Shown: positions 23,901 through 33,636 of the stretch, piece after piece
How positions within the stretch are numbered: position 1 is the first letter of the stretch
Layout of the letters: every line of letters starts with the position of its first letter
Origin: a plasmid
Length of the DNA stretch: 59,422 nucleotides
Direction: 5' to 3' (one strand)
Sequence record: NZ_LC586269.1
Translations under genes and position numbers: made by a program
Notes under the pieces: model-generated
The model's database searches: none
What the model was told of the DNA's origin: nothing
What the model saw: only the letters and a program-made list of their open reading frames with translations

Positions 23901-24934
23901 GCCTAACTGAAACTGTATTTGGTCCAGTTCCCAGCGATCCGAAGTCTTTACGTTCGTGGGAGTCGGTAATCCTCTATGCGAAACCGTTCCTTAAGTATTA
24001 CTCCGATCCTGAAGTTACAGAGATCATGATCAATGGCTGGGACTCGATCTTCATCGAGAAGAACAGCCGAATGATTCGAGTCGAGGAGAAATTCGCTAGC
24101 GAGTCTGACCTCCAGCGGTTCATCACCCAATGCGCTAACGCGCTCAACCTGGTGGATCCTCACAAGGACCCCGAGACGAACGCGCGGTTGCCCGATGCAT
24201 CCCGCATCTGTGCAACCATGCCGGCCATCACTCCATTTGGCGCGACGGTGACTCTTCGGAAGGCTCCAACTCGTTTGCTCACCCTGGAGGACCTGGTTTC
24301 CTACGGGGCCATGAGTGCGGAGATGGCCGATTTCATTGGCGAGCAGGTTTCGAAGAGGGTCAACTTCCTGTGCAGCGGAAACACGGGCTCAGGAAAAACG
24401 ACCTTGCTTCGGGCTGTCTCCAAGTTTCTCGACCCCTCTACTCGGATCATTACCGCGGAAGACACGATGGAACTGCACCTCCGCGCGACCCTTCCCAACT
24501 GCATTTCGATGGAGGCCTCGAAACAGTCTGATGGGGTCCCGAAGGAGCTTTCCGATCTGATCCGCATCTCGCTTCGGCAGCGTCCTGACAGCCTCTGGGT
24601 AGGGGAGCTACGTGATGCCAAAGCGGTCAATGCATGGGTCACTGCGATGAACACCGGCCTGGATGGTTGCGCCTCAACCATCCACTCCAACGGCCCGGGC
24701 GACTCCATCCACCGCTGCCAGTACCTGATGGCTTCAGCGGGCGTGATGGATTACGACCTGGTGGGCAAGATTCTCATGGGCGACCTGCACATGCTGATCC
24801 ATGCCAGCCGTAACCACCGGCTGTATGGGAGAAAGATCACGCACGTCTGCCTTATCCAGAACGGCAAGATCGTCCCGGTCTTCGAGTACAACATAGAGAA
24901 GGGAGAACACATCTACCTCAAGCCGAGCTGCTGA
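23897..24934 (+). CDS. virB11: VirB11/TrbB-family secretion ATPase (Walker A GNTGSGKTT)
   Basis: 345 aa; P-loop, Asp box and His box arrangement. Confidence 0.85.
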   Translation: MSLTETVFGPVPSDPKSLRSWESVILYAKPFLKYYSDPEVTEIMINGWDSIFIEKNSRMIRVEEKFASESDLQRFITQCANALNLVDPHKDPETNARLPDASRICATMPAITPFGATVTLRKAPTRLLTLEDLVSYGAMSAEMADFIGEQVSKRVNFLCSGNTGSGKTTLLRAVSKFLDPSTRIITAEDTMELHLRATLPNCISMEASKQSDGVPKELSDLIRISLRQRPDSLWVGELRDAKAVNAWVTAMNTGLDGCASTIHSNGPGDSIHRCQYLMASAGVMDYDLVGKILMGDLHMLIHASRNHRLYGRKITHVCLIQNGKIVPVFEYNIEKGEHIYLKPSC

Positions 24935-25002
24935 TTGTGCGCCCGGCCGGGCGCGCTTCCTTGCTGAACCTGCCACAAGCATCAACCTGAGAGGTACACG
25001 CC

Positions 25003-25248
25003 ATGCAAAACGTTGAGAACACCGTATTTCATTCTCGAGCAACCGAGGAAGATCGGGCAGCGCTCATCGAACTCGCTGAATGGATGGAAAAGCACCAGGG
25101 TCTGCTTCTATCCGGGCTTACCCGGGGGATAGGGCTTGGCGTTACCCCTCCTGTTGCAGAGTTCATAGCCTCTCATATCGGAGGCAATGCAGGCTTAACT
25201 GTGAGGGCAAATCTCTACCCTGTTCCGGTGAAGGGGTATTCGAGGTAG
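25003..25248 (+). CDS. Hypothetical protein (81 aa)
   Basis: ORF track only. Confidence 0.35.
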   Translation: MQNVENTVFHSRATEEDRAALIELAEWMEKHQGLLLSGLTRGIGLGVTPPVAEFIASHIGGNAGLTVRANLYPVPVKGYSR

Positions 25249-25304
25249 ATCAATTCCGCACGTTGTGCGGCCAAGGGGAATGATTCCCCTTGGAACCCCC
25301 ATAT

Positions 25305-26050
25305 CTCAACACCAAGGGCTCTGCCCTTGTCATCCCGCTCTTGCCGCCGAGGGCTCGGGAGCGCGGGGCGGAAGAACTGCCCCACACTCCCCGGCAGAGG
25401 CTGTCCAGGGGAGGGGGCTCAAGCGTACGCTCCGCCCGTGCGTCCGTTCGCCGGAACGGTGCAGCCGTTCCGACGAGCCGGGCGCGCGGCGCTTGACCCG
25501 GATAGGCCAGTCGAAGAGCACAGAGTGCGTGACCTGGTGCCGCGGATCCGTCCGGCGCGGCCGGCGAGCAGCTGGTGGAGCCCGTCGACCTCGATCACAT
25601 CCAGGGGATGGCCACCGGCGCCAAGGACCTGGTGCCGCGGATCCGTCTGGCGCGGCCGGCGAGCAGCTGGTGGAGCCCATCGACCTCGATCACGTCCAGG
25701 GGATGGCCATCGGCGCCGGCGGCGCCGAGGACCTGGTGCCGTGGATCCGTCCGGCCTGGCCGGCGAGCAGCTGGTGGAGCACGTCGCCCTCGATCACGCC
25801 CAGGGGATGGCCATCGGCGCCGGCGGCGCCGAGCACCTGGTGGCGTGGATCCGTCCGGCGTGGCCGGCGAGCAGTTGGTGGAGCGCGTCGACCTCGATCA
25901 CTTCCAGGGGATGGCCACCGGCGCCGGCGGCGCCAAGGACCTGGTGCCGCGGATCCGTCTGGCGCGGCCGGCGAGCAGCTGGTGGAGCCCGTCGACCTCG
26001 ATCACGTCCAGGGGATGGCCATCGGCGCCGGCGGCGCCGAGGACCTGGTG
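25305..26050 (-). repeat. Composite repeat, locus C (inverted): palindrome, ~230-bp unique part and ~5 tandem units of 96/105 bp
   Basis: Tandem periodicity measured between GGATCCGT landmarks (96 and 105 bp). Confidence 0.85.
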
Positions 26051-26195
26051 TATTAGAAGGGGAGGGGGGCTATCAGAATAGATAGTTTTTAACTTCGAAA
26101 GGAGTTGTCGCCTTGTCGTAGCGGCACTGTGCCGCTATAAAAATGCCTTTACTCAGGCGCCCATCTCCTACTGGAGACCCTGCCGGCGTCAGATC

Positions 26196-26453
26196 TTACC
26201 TCTGCAACATGCGCTCGAGTTCAGCCTTCAGGCTCTCGGTGTCCGTCACTTTGGAACTGTCGAAGGCAGCGGCTCGCTCCACGGCGATCTCAAGCAGCGC
26301 GGTTATTACCTTACTCATCGACACCTTTCCGAAAAAGGTGTCCCGGTCTATCGCTTCGACGAAGAGTCGGTTGGTCTCGTCCTGCACGTTTTGGGGAATC
26401 GTTACCCCTACGGCCGGGGTTAGTCGGCGCTTCTTTTTCTGCTTTATGACCAT
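26196..26453 (-). CDS. Small basic DNA-binding protein, probable ribbon-helix-helix repressor, divergent from the T4SS operon
   Basis: 85 aa; KKKRRL...VGVTIPQNVQDETNRLF. Confidence 0.45.
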   Translation of the reverse strand: MVIKQKKKRRLTPAVGVTIPQNVQDETNRLFVEAIDRDTFFGKVSMSKVITALLEIAVERAAAFDSSKVTDTESLKAELERMLQR

Positions 26454-26532
26454 GCGTTTCTAACGATCTGAAGTGACGTTTTGCATTGATTGTATCCCAA
26501 GTGCGTTGGTGCATTTTGCCGGGACAATTAAA

Positions 26533-26593
26533 TCGGTGTTGCAACACCGGTGTCCTTACACTATATTTCGCCGTAATCGTGGTGTAGCTACAC
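26533..26593. promoter_or_regulatory. Two perfect palindromes in the divergent promoter region: CGGTGTTGCAACACCG (26533-26548) and GGTGTAGCTACACC (26580-26593)
   Basis: Seen directly between the RHH gene and the first transfer gene. Confidence 0.55.
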
Positions 26594-26646
26594 CTTGTAT
26601 GGCGCATGAGCGCTGACTTAGAGCCTCCAGGGGTAGAGAAGAACAT

Positions 26647-26970
26647 ATGCAACTGTTGACGACAAAAGAGTTGGCTCTGCTGGTGGGGGCACAGCCTGGT
26701 TACAGGGTAGTCCTGACCGAAACGGAAGAAAGCGGTAATCGCTGGTGGGGGATGCGCATCGACCTTCCTCAGGGTAAGAGCTACCAGATCATCACTACCA
26801 GGTTGCCTAAAAAGCCAAAGCTCTGGCGGCACGTCGATAACGCAATTCTATTCGTTGAGGAGTATTGCCCTGAGGCCATCGGGAGCAACTCCGTATCTCT
26901 AGAGTTTCGTTCGCGCCTGACCGGTGCGACTGGAGATGGAAATGCAAGAAATGCAGCACCCGCAGCTTAA
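26647..26970 (+). CDS. Hypothetical protein (107 aa), first gene of the mpf operon
   Basis: ORF track. Confidence 0.4.
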   Translation: MQLLTTKELALLVGAQPGYRVVLTETEESGNRWWGMRIDLPQGKSYQIITTRLPKKPKLWRHVDNAILFVEEYCPEAIGSNSVSLEFRSRLTGATGDGNARNAAPAA

Positions 26971-27352
26971 CCCTGATCTCGAGAACAAAGCCGCCTTCGT
27001 CCAGCGGCGGGAGTCGTTTGGCATCCCTACCAAAATATGGGTAGGGGTCGTGGGTATGGGGCTCATCGCGCTTTTCGGCTCTCTCTACATTTTCGGGATT
27101 TGGCTCGGCCTTTTGGTCGGGACAGTCATGTGCCTCGTGATCACCATCCCGGTATTCATGATCCACAAGGAAGACCCGGACGCCTGGGTTTTTTGGCTGC
27201 AGAGCCTGACAGCCCCTGATTTCTTGGATCCTCTCAAGTTCGATCATGCGGTGTACACGAGCTGGTTGGGGGGGCGTAAGCGCCGAATTCTGCTGTTGTC
27301 CTGGAACGATAACGATCCGGTTATCGGTTCTGCTTTCACTGAAAAGGAGTGA
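26924..27352 (+). CDS. Small inner-membrane protein with two TM helices (VirB3-like candidate; start uncertain)
   Basis: Hydrophobic segments IWVGVVGMGLIALFGSLYIFGIWLGLLVGTVMCLVITIPVF. Confidence 0.45.
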   Translation: MRLEMEMQEMQHPQLNPDLENKAAFVQRRESFGIPTKIWVGVVGMGLIALFGSLYIFGIWLGLLVGTVMCLVITIPVFMIHKEDPDAWVFWLQSLTAPDFLDPLKFDHAVYTSWLGGRKRRILLLSWNDNDPVIGSAFTEKE

Positions 27353-27356
27353 TCTG

Positions 27357-27692
27357 ATGAAAGTGTCTCGCTTGAAAAACTGGCTCTTCTGTATGGCGGC
27401 CATCCTCGCCATCAGTCCTGGGGCGCAGGCTCTGAACAACGATGTGGATCTTGGCTCGCCGAACGACGGCCCGCTGCAGAAAATCGGCGCACTGATGCAG
27501 CAGATAGTCGACTTCCTGGGTGGCCCTGGAGTTCTTCTGGTGGCTGTCCTCGGGTTCGTCCTGGCCTACTTCATGTGGGTGGTCATTCCCAAGTCCGCCG
27601 GGCCGGCAATTGGTCTTGTTGGGCGTGCGCTGACTGGCGCGGTTGTGATGTTCAACATCGCCCTTCTGTTCTCCTGGATTCAGGGGATCTAA
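27357..27692 (+). CDS. virB2: VirB2/TrbC-like pilin precursor (signal peptide ending AQA plus two hydrophobic helices)
   Basis: 111 aa from MKVSRLKNW...; immediately upstream of VirB4. Confidence 0.6.
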   Translation: MKVSRLKNWLFCMAAILAISPGAQALNNDVDLGSPNDGPLQKIGALMQQIVDFLGGPGVLLVAVLGFVLAYFMWVVIPKSAGPAIGLVGRALTGAVVMFNIALLFSWIQGI

Positions 27693-27694
27693 CC

Positions 27695-30247
27695 ATGGGG
27701 CGCTATCAGGGGGAGCCAAAGCGGGTCGAGCCGTTGAACAGCAAGCTGTACTCGGCGGGTGTGTGGAAGGAATTCTGCCTGACCTACGCGGGTTCGCTGT
27801 TGAGCGGTATCGAGATGGGTGGGACCGACCCGACAGCCCTGGGAGAACATGATCGGCGATTGTTCTCCAGTGTTCAGCGCGCCCTTTACCAGAGCCTCCA
27901 CCCATCCCTCAGCCTCTGCCAATACTACTTTCACTTCGAGGGTAAAGAGGTTGCATTGCGCGAGCGGGACGACCCGCGGAGTGACCTGCTTTCGAAGCGG
28001 CGCGCCCGCTTCCTGAATTCACAGCGGCTGAATGACTCCCGTCTGTTCTGGTTGTTGGAGTGCCCGGCGGAGGAGCATGTAAACAACCTGCTCAGCGTCG
28101 GGATGCTGAAGCATTTGTTTCAGGCGCCCTTCGAGGCGGAAAGCCGCCTGCTATTGATGCAGCGGTTCCGGAACCATGATGCATGGATCGCGGAAGAGCG
28201 GCAGTTGCAGCGGCAGGCCGACCTTCTCGAGGCGAGCCTGAAAGATCTGTCCAGCCGGGCGGAGCTGGTGTCGCCTCGATCCTCCACCATGAATCTCCAG
28301 TCTCTATGGGCGCTTCACCGAGCCCTGGTGAACATGAACCCATCACTGCTCGACAGTGCGGTGCATGAGGAGGTGCCGGTCGAGAACTGGGACGCACTTC
28401 TTTCCAACGGGGGCATCGAGCCGGTCGAGATCGACGGCATGACGTGCCTGAAGTTCCACGGTCCCCGTCCGGTCTACGCGCGGGTCGCGAGCATCATCGC
28501 CTATGGCGGTCGTTACGTTCCGGAGGGAATCTGGATCCAGACTCAGCGCTCCCCGCTGATGCAGAAAGGCAACTACCTGGTAGTCAACCGCTGGGTGCCG
28601 TACAGCAAGGCGGGGTTGTCAATGCTGCTGCGGAACAAGGCCAACGAACTGGCCCGGCAGAACATGAAGCTGTCTGCGATTCTCACCGGTGAGAACCCGA
28701 ATAGCGGTATGGAGGAAAAGCTCAAAAACAGCGATCACCTCCGCAAGAAGGTCAAAGAACTTGATGATGCGGCGAACACCCCGGATCGCTGGGGTTCGTA
28801 TAACTCGCATGTTGTGGTGTGGAACGAGAATCCGCTTGAGCTCAAGAGCGCGTGTGCAGAGATGCACACCGCTTTGACCGAGAGCAGCCTCACGGCCGTA
28901 TGGGAGTCGGCCGGGCTGATAGAGCTATTCCCGACCCTACTTCCCGGCTACGCGAAGAAGTCGATGCGTGCGGTGGAGTTCACGAGCAGCCAGGCCGGTG
29001 CGACGTCTATCGCATTCAAGTCGCAGAAGGGGGTGACCTCCTGGGGCCCGGCTAAGGAGGAGCCCACCTACATTCTCCAGACCCGAGACAACTGCGCGTT
29101 CGGATACTCGGAGTTTCTGGCGGACAAGGGCCTTGTTATCGCAACTGGCCCCACTCGATCCGGCAAGACGTTCGCGAAGAATTCTATCGCGAGCCACTTC
29201 ATGAAGTTCGGAGGGCTGTACCAGGATATTGGTGTTGATGCTGGTGCCGAGGCGATGGCCGCTTTCTTCGGATCTGATGCGGGTGTATTCCGCATCACGG
29301 ACCCTGCGACGAGTCACGGTTTCAACGCGTTCTTCTCGGCTGATCCGGCTTTGAAGGAGAAAGACGGGTTATTCGTAGGGCATCTACTGCACCTGTTGCG
29401 GATCATGTTCGAACTCAACGAGTCGGCGGATCTGCGTTCGATCGATAAGGATGAACAGGCTGATCTCGATAGGGCGATCCGTGACATCCTGCGGGTTGAT
29501 GAGGCCAGCATGCGGACCCTCTCGGGCCTGTATAGCCACTTCCCGAAAAGCCTTAAGCAGAAGCTGGAGCGCTGGGTGCGCCCGGGAATATACGGCAACC
29601 TGTTCGACAACGAGATTGATGGGTTGGGCACCTTTGGTAGGCGGATGGGTATCTACAACTTGAGCGGCCTGAAGGACGACCATAGGCTCGCAGCGCTCGC
29701 CCAGACCGAAATCTTTTTCAGGGTGACCAGGCTATTCGAAGATCCGAAGCTGGTAGATCGCATCAAACAGCTGCAGATCGATGAGTGTCAGTACTTCCTG
29801 GACGTTCCAGGAGCAGTGCAGTTCCTGCTTGCAAAGGTCCGAACCTGGAACAAGTGGAACGCCGGAATCACACTGTGGACACAGAGCCCTCAGCACTACG
29901 CGGCCATACCCGACTGGCAGATGCTACGCGGTGCAGCTACCACGTTCCTGTTCGGGGCAGAGCCAAAAATGTCGACCGAGATGAGATCTCATTACAAGAC
30001 GGTCTTCGGAGCGAGCGACGGAATCGTTGACGGCATTGAGTCCCTACGGCCGCAGCGCGAGATGCTCATCTGGCAACCCGAGGCGGATATAGCCCAGGTG
30101 GTCCAGCTGAATGTCGAGCCAGAGCAATATGTCGTCTCGACCAGCTCTCCCAGTGAACAGCCAGTGATCCGAGAGATGTTCGCCAAATATCCTGGAGACG
30201 TAGACAGGGCTATCGCTGAAGCGGTGAAGGCCTTGAGACTCGCCTAG
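27695..30247 (+). CDS. virB4: VirB4/TrbE-family conjugative ATPase (Walker A GPTRSGKT)
   Basis: 851 aa from MGRYQGEP; track ORF 27575..30247 over-extended. Confidence 0.9.
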   Translation: MGRYQGEPKRVEPLNSKLYSAGVWKEFCLTYAGSLLSGIEMGGTDPTALGEHDRRLFSSVQRALYQSLHPSLSLCQYYFHFEGKEVALRERDDPRSDLLSKRRARFLNSQRLNDSRLFWLLECPAEEHVNNLLSVGMLKHLFQAPFEAESRLLLMQRFRNHDAWIAEERQLQRQADLLEASLKDLSSRAELVSPRSSTMNLQSLWALHRALVNMNPSLLDSAVHEEVPVENWDALLSNGGIEPVEIDGMTCLKFHGPRPVYARVASIIAYGGRYVPEGIWIQTQRSPLMQKGNYLVVNRWVPYSKAGLSMLLRNKANELARQNMKLSAILTGENPNSGMEEKLKNSDHLRKKVKELDDAANTPDRWGSYNSHVVVWNENPLELKSACAEMHTALTESSLTAVWESAGLIELFPTLLPGYAKKSMRAVEFTSSQAGATSIAFKSQKGVTSWGPAKEEPTYILQTRDNCAFGYSEFLADKGLVIATGPTRSGKTFAKNSIASHFMKFGGLYQDIGVDAGAEAMAAFFGSDAGVFRITDPATSHGFNAFFSADPALKEKDGLFVGHLLHLLRIMFELNESADLRSIDKDEQADLDRAIRDILRVDEASMRTLSGLYSHFPKSLKQKLERWVRPGIYGNLFDNEIDGLGTFGRRMGIYNLSGLKDDHRLAALAQTEIFFRVTRLFEDPKLVDRIKQLQIDECQYFLDVPGAVQFLLAKVRTWNKWNAGITLWTQSPQHYAAIPDWQMLRGAATTFLFGAEPKMSTEMRSHYKTVFGASDGIVDGIESLRPQREMLIWQPEADIAQVVQLNVEPEQYVVSTSSPSEQPVIREMFAKYPGDVDRAIAEAVKALRLA

Positions 30248-30265
30248 ACATAAGAGGGAATTTTT

Positions 30266-31117
30266 ATGAAGCGCAAGTTTAAGCCTCTGGCGATAGCTGT
30301 ATTCCTAGCAATGGCAACCATGTCTAGTAGTAGTGTGGTTAATGCATGGGGTTTTCCTGTTGCAGACATTGCTAACCTCACTCAGATGGTTGAGGGCTAT
30401 ATCCAGGACCTGAAGAACTACGATGAATACATTCAGACAACGATCCTGAACCAAGAGCAGCTTGCGGAGGCTCTCCGGCTTTATAAGCAGACTCTCGTTG
30501 CATATGACGAGGTATTGCGTCAAATGGAGTCGCTGAAGCGCAAGCTGAGTCCCAGGGACTGGAATGCGCTGTTTGCCAGCTATAAGGACATTCTCGATCT
30601 ATATCCTACCCAAACTCAGCGCAGCGATGCTGAGTGGGAAAGAATCAACGCGAAAGTAGATCAGGTCTATGCTCGAGGTCAGAAAATGGTCGAGCTTCAG
30701 TCGATCGTTGACGCTATTCCATTCAAAGGCAATGGGCGAGAAACAGTTGCGAGCGACTTGAATCGTGCGATTACTCGTTCAGATCTTGCAGTGTCTCAAT
30801 CGAACACTGTAGAGAAGTTCAATCAAAAGCTGAAGGACAACATGGAGGACCTCACGTATCTGGATGAGAACCGCCTTTCTCTTGGTGATGAGGATAATTT
30901 ACGAACGCTGCAATTTCTTGCGGAACAGAACCAAAAGGCACTAGAGCTTCAGGTTGAAAGTATGGCCCAGAGTAACAGTCGCATGTTGTTCTCTAACCAA
31001 CTAGCATCGCATGTCTTTTCTAAGGACAAGGAAAATCAGGAAGCATCCTTGAAAGAGCTAGAAGAGAAGAGAAAACAGAAAATCAAGGTTGATAATTCTC
31101 CTTTGGCAAACTGGTAA
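30266..31117 (+). CDS. virB5: VirB5/TrbJ-like secreted coiled-coil protein
   Basis: 283 aa; signal peptide; position after VirB4. Confidence 0.55.
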   Translation: MKRKFKPLAIAVFLAMATMSSSSVVNAWGFPVADIANLTQMVEGYIQDLKNYDEYIQTTILNQEQLAEALRLYKQTLVAYDEVLRQMESLKRKLSPRDWNALFASYKDILDLYPTQTQRSDAEWERINAKVDQVYARGQKMVELQSIVDAIPFKGNGRETVASDLNRAITRSDLAVSQSNTVEKFNQKLKDNMEDLTYLDENRLSLGDEDNLRTLQFLAEQNQKALELQVESMAQSNSRMLFSNQLASHVFSKDKENQEASLKELEEKRKQKIKVDNSPLANW

Positions 31118-31127
31118 GAGTTTAGAT

Positions 31128-31658
31128 ATGAAAAAGTTTCCACTGATTTTCGTAATGTTGCTGTCCACTAGCGCTTTTGCTGTTGAGAGATATATAGATA
31201 AGGCGCAAGAAGGCTATGATATGAAGAGGGCAGAGTATTTTAAGACTGCTCGATCTAGCTGCTCTCATCTGAAGACTGTTGGGGACAGGCGTACTTGTGA
31301 GAGAAAAATAACCGACAAAGCGGATGAGAAATACCCTCCTAGAGGGAGTTCGGCTTACTCGAAGAAAAACTATTCCGGAATGAGCAAGGAACAAGCTGTG
31401 GCGAAGCTTGTCGAGCTAAAGAGTATCTACGAGAAAGCCCATGGTGGATCTAAAGCGTATCCAGGAGAACTGACAAAGAATGCTGTGGAGGCAGAAGCCA
31501 GTTGGATTCAGAAAAATATCTTTGGGAGACGCACTTTAAGTAGTTCTCTTTCTTTTTACTTGCCATGTGAAAAGCAGTTGCCCGGTAGTCCTATAAGAAA
31601 ATACTGTGAAATTGGTGGGGACAAAGTTTTAGAAGGATCCATTTACTCTACCGAGTAA
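31128..31658 (+). CDS. Secreted protein between VirB5 and VirB6 homologues (positional candidate for entry exclusion)
   Basis: Signal peptide MKKFPLIFVMLLSTSAFA; low GC. Confidence 0.35.
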   Translation: MKKFPLIFVMLLSTSAFAVERYIDKAQEGYDMKRAEYFKTARSSCSHLKTVGDRRTCERKITDKADEKYPPRGSSAYSKKNYSGMSKEQAVAKLVELKSIYEKAHGGSKAYPGELTKNAVEAEASWIQKNIFGRRTLSSSLSFYLPCEKQLPGSPIRKYCEIGGDKVLEGSIYSTE

Positions 31659-31659
31659 T

Positions 31660-32835
31660 ATGGTTGAGGGCATTCTAATGGCGACAATGTGGCTTGTGGT
31701 AGTTATGTGCGCACTGATGTTCGGTGCGTCGGGCTACCTGTTCTCGCGCTGGAGATACGCTCGCTTGCTAGCAGCGAGCGGGGTGTCCCTGGCCAGTCTG
31801 CCGGTCATGAAGGCAAGCCGTGCGGGAACTAGCGGGCGGTGGTGGCAGCGTAGGTGGGTGAGGATCGGTGGCCAATCGCTTGCCTGGGCCGCACTGTTCT
31901 TCTCACCTCTGCTACTGATGATTCCTGCTACGGCGGATGCGGCGCTGTCGGAGACGTTCCGAAGTGTTTTCGCCGGTGAAGTCAGCCGGTTCGTGGTGGG
32001 CATCATGGGGGATTACACGAACCCGGTGAATCAATGGTCCAGGATGCTGTTGGGGTTCTGTTTCTTCGTCCTGATTGTCTCCGAGGCAACGATATTCGTC
32101 TTGGATGGGCTTAATACACTGCGCTTGGTGGCCGCTTTTGTATCGTTGTCTATAACGGTGGCTTTTTGGCTTGGATACGACTATGGCACGAGCGCAATGT
32201 GGGGCGTCGGAGTCGCTATATCTCAGGGGATGCAGTCGTTCCTAGTAGGCAATACTGACAACTTTTTCTTCATACAGTGGGTAAAGATCGCTTTTGATAA
32301 CGTCAAGCTCGAGGATATGGGGCTGTGGGACGGCATAAAGTATTGGCAGTATTCCACTGCCTGGGAGTTCATTGCTTTTCTGCTTGAGGCTGTCTACTGG
32401 CTGGCTTCCATGTGGTCTGAGCTTGGCTATGGTTTGGCAAAGATCGTTGGGGTTGTATTTATCCCGTTTTATATGCTTGAGAGTACGCGTCCGCTCTTCG
32501 ATGGTTGGCTTAGGTTCTTCGTGGGGTTCATCATTCTGAATGTCATCCTGAAGGCGACGATGGTCCTTTCTGCGCTGTTGGTGAGATTCACCCTTTACGA
32601 CCTGGGCATGAACTTCAACGGAGCATGGGGCGAGCCAACGGAGGTTGTCCCGTTTGCGAAGGAACAACTGTATTTGTTGGCGGATTCTGCTGCTGCTCTT
32701 TTTGTCGCGGTACTTTTCGTACTTTCCAGCTTTGTATTCGCATCGATACTAGCTTCAGGGGCTGGGAGCATGTCTGGCGCATTAGGAAAAGCTGCAAACA
32801 TGGTATCCAGAGGGGTTACCAAGAAGTTCTTCTAA
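31660..32835 (+). CDS. virB6: VirB6/TrbL-like polytopic inner-membrane protein
   Basis: 391 aa with multiple TM segments. Confidence 0.7.
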   Translation: MVEGILMATMWLVVVMCALMFGASGYLFSRWRYARLLAASGVSLASLPVMKASRAGTSGRWWQRRWVRIGGQSLAWAALFFSPLLLMIPATADAALSETFRSVFAGEVSRFVVGIMGDYTNPVNQWSRMLLGFCFFVLIVSEATIFVLDGLNTLRLVAAFVSLSITVAFWLGYDYGTSAMWGVGVAISQGMQSFLVGNTDNFFFIQWVKIAFDNVKLEDMGLWDGIKYWQYSTAWEFIAFLLEAVYWLASMWSELGYGLAKIVGVVFIPFYMLESTRPLFDGWLRFFVGFIILNVILKATMVLSALLVRFTLYDLGMNFNGAWGEPTEVVPFAKEQLYLLADSAAALFVAVLFVLSSFVFASILASGAGSMSGALGKAANMVSRGVTKKFF

Positions 32836-32847
32836 GAGGGTAAATTT

Positions 32848-33636
32848 ATGGTTGGCATAGTTGACAACACGGGGATCGCTCGCGCTGAAAAAAGCGATCA
32901 GCCTCGGCGAGACACTAAACTTCAGGTGACTATCAATTGGCTTCTGGTGGCGATTCTTGTTCTTGTGGTTGCCATCGTTGTGCTTTCGGTTTCTCTCTCG
33001 TCGATGGCCGAAAAGGCCTCTCGCAATCTTGAAATCGCTTACGTGAAGCTGTACCCGAATGGGAACAGGGAAATCTCGTACTTCAAACGTCAGCCCTATC
33101 AAGAGTATCTGCCCGCGACGGTTGATGCGTTGCTGAAAGACTTCATCAGAGTGCGTTTCGGTGTGTTCCCACCGACCATTACGAGGGACTACGGCCAGGT
33201 GGGGATGCTCGTTTCTAATGCGCTGTATCAGCGCTTTGTCGATGAAGAGAAGAACGGCGGCTTCGATGCAGTCAAGAAGGCAGCTGCTATCGCTGCGAAA
33301 GAAGCGACAGAGGACCGCATCTCAATAGCTGATATCTGGATCGACCATTACGACACTGTGCCGGCTGTTTTTTCCAACAAATCGTCGGAAGTTGTGCGGA
33401 CCAATATCTACTACACCAAAGTCTCGACGAGCCCGCAGGGGTTCGAGAAGAGCAGGAGTGCCAAGATCGCGCGACTACAGTGGCGCCTGGTGGATAAGAA
33501 AGAACTCGAGGAATTGGCCTCGAAGAACACCAAGATCCTCGACGTCAATCCGATTGGACTTGAAATCGTGGACTACGAAGAAATCGACGATCCGGCAGGG
33601 ATCAAGGCGAAGCGCAGCGAGGTTCAACCCCAATGA
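32848..33636 (+). CDS. virB8: VirB8-like bitopic protein
   Basis: 262 aa; single TM after N-terminal cytoplasmic region. Confidence 0.65.
   Translation: MVGIVDNTGIARAEKSDQPRRDTKLQVTINWLLVAILVLVVAIVVLSVSLSSMAEKASRNLEIAYVKLYPNGNREISYFKRQPYQEYLPATVDALLKDFIRVRFGVFPPTITRDYGQVGMLVSNALYQRFVDEEKNGGFDAVKKAAAIAAKEATEDRISIADIWIDHYDTVPAVFSNKSSEVVRTNIYYTKVSTSPQGFEKSRSAKIARLQWRLVDKKELEELASKNTKILDVNPIGLEIVDYEEIDDPAGIKAKRSEVQPQ

Noticed and set aside
25327-26085. ORFs spanning the 96/105-bp tandem repeats (e.g. 25327..26085 +, 12449..12921 +, 12381..12716 -) as a repeat protein
   Set aside because: All three frames and both strands stay open only within the repeats; loci occur in both orientations with variable copy number and no consistent start or stop; treated as noncoding. 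Coding is not fully excluded because the unit length is a multiple of 3.
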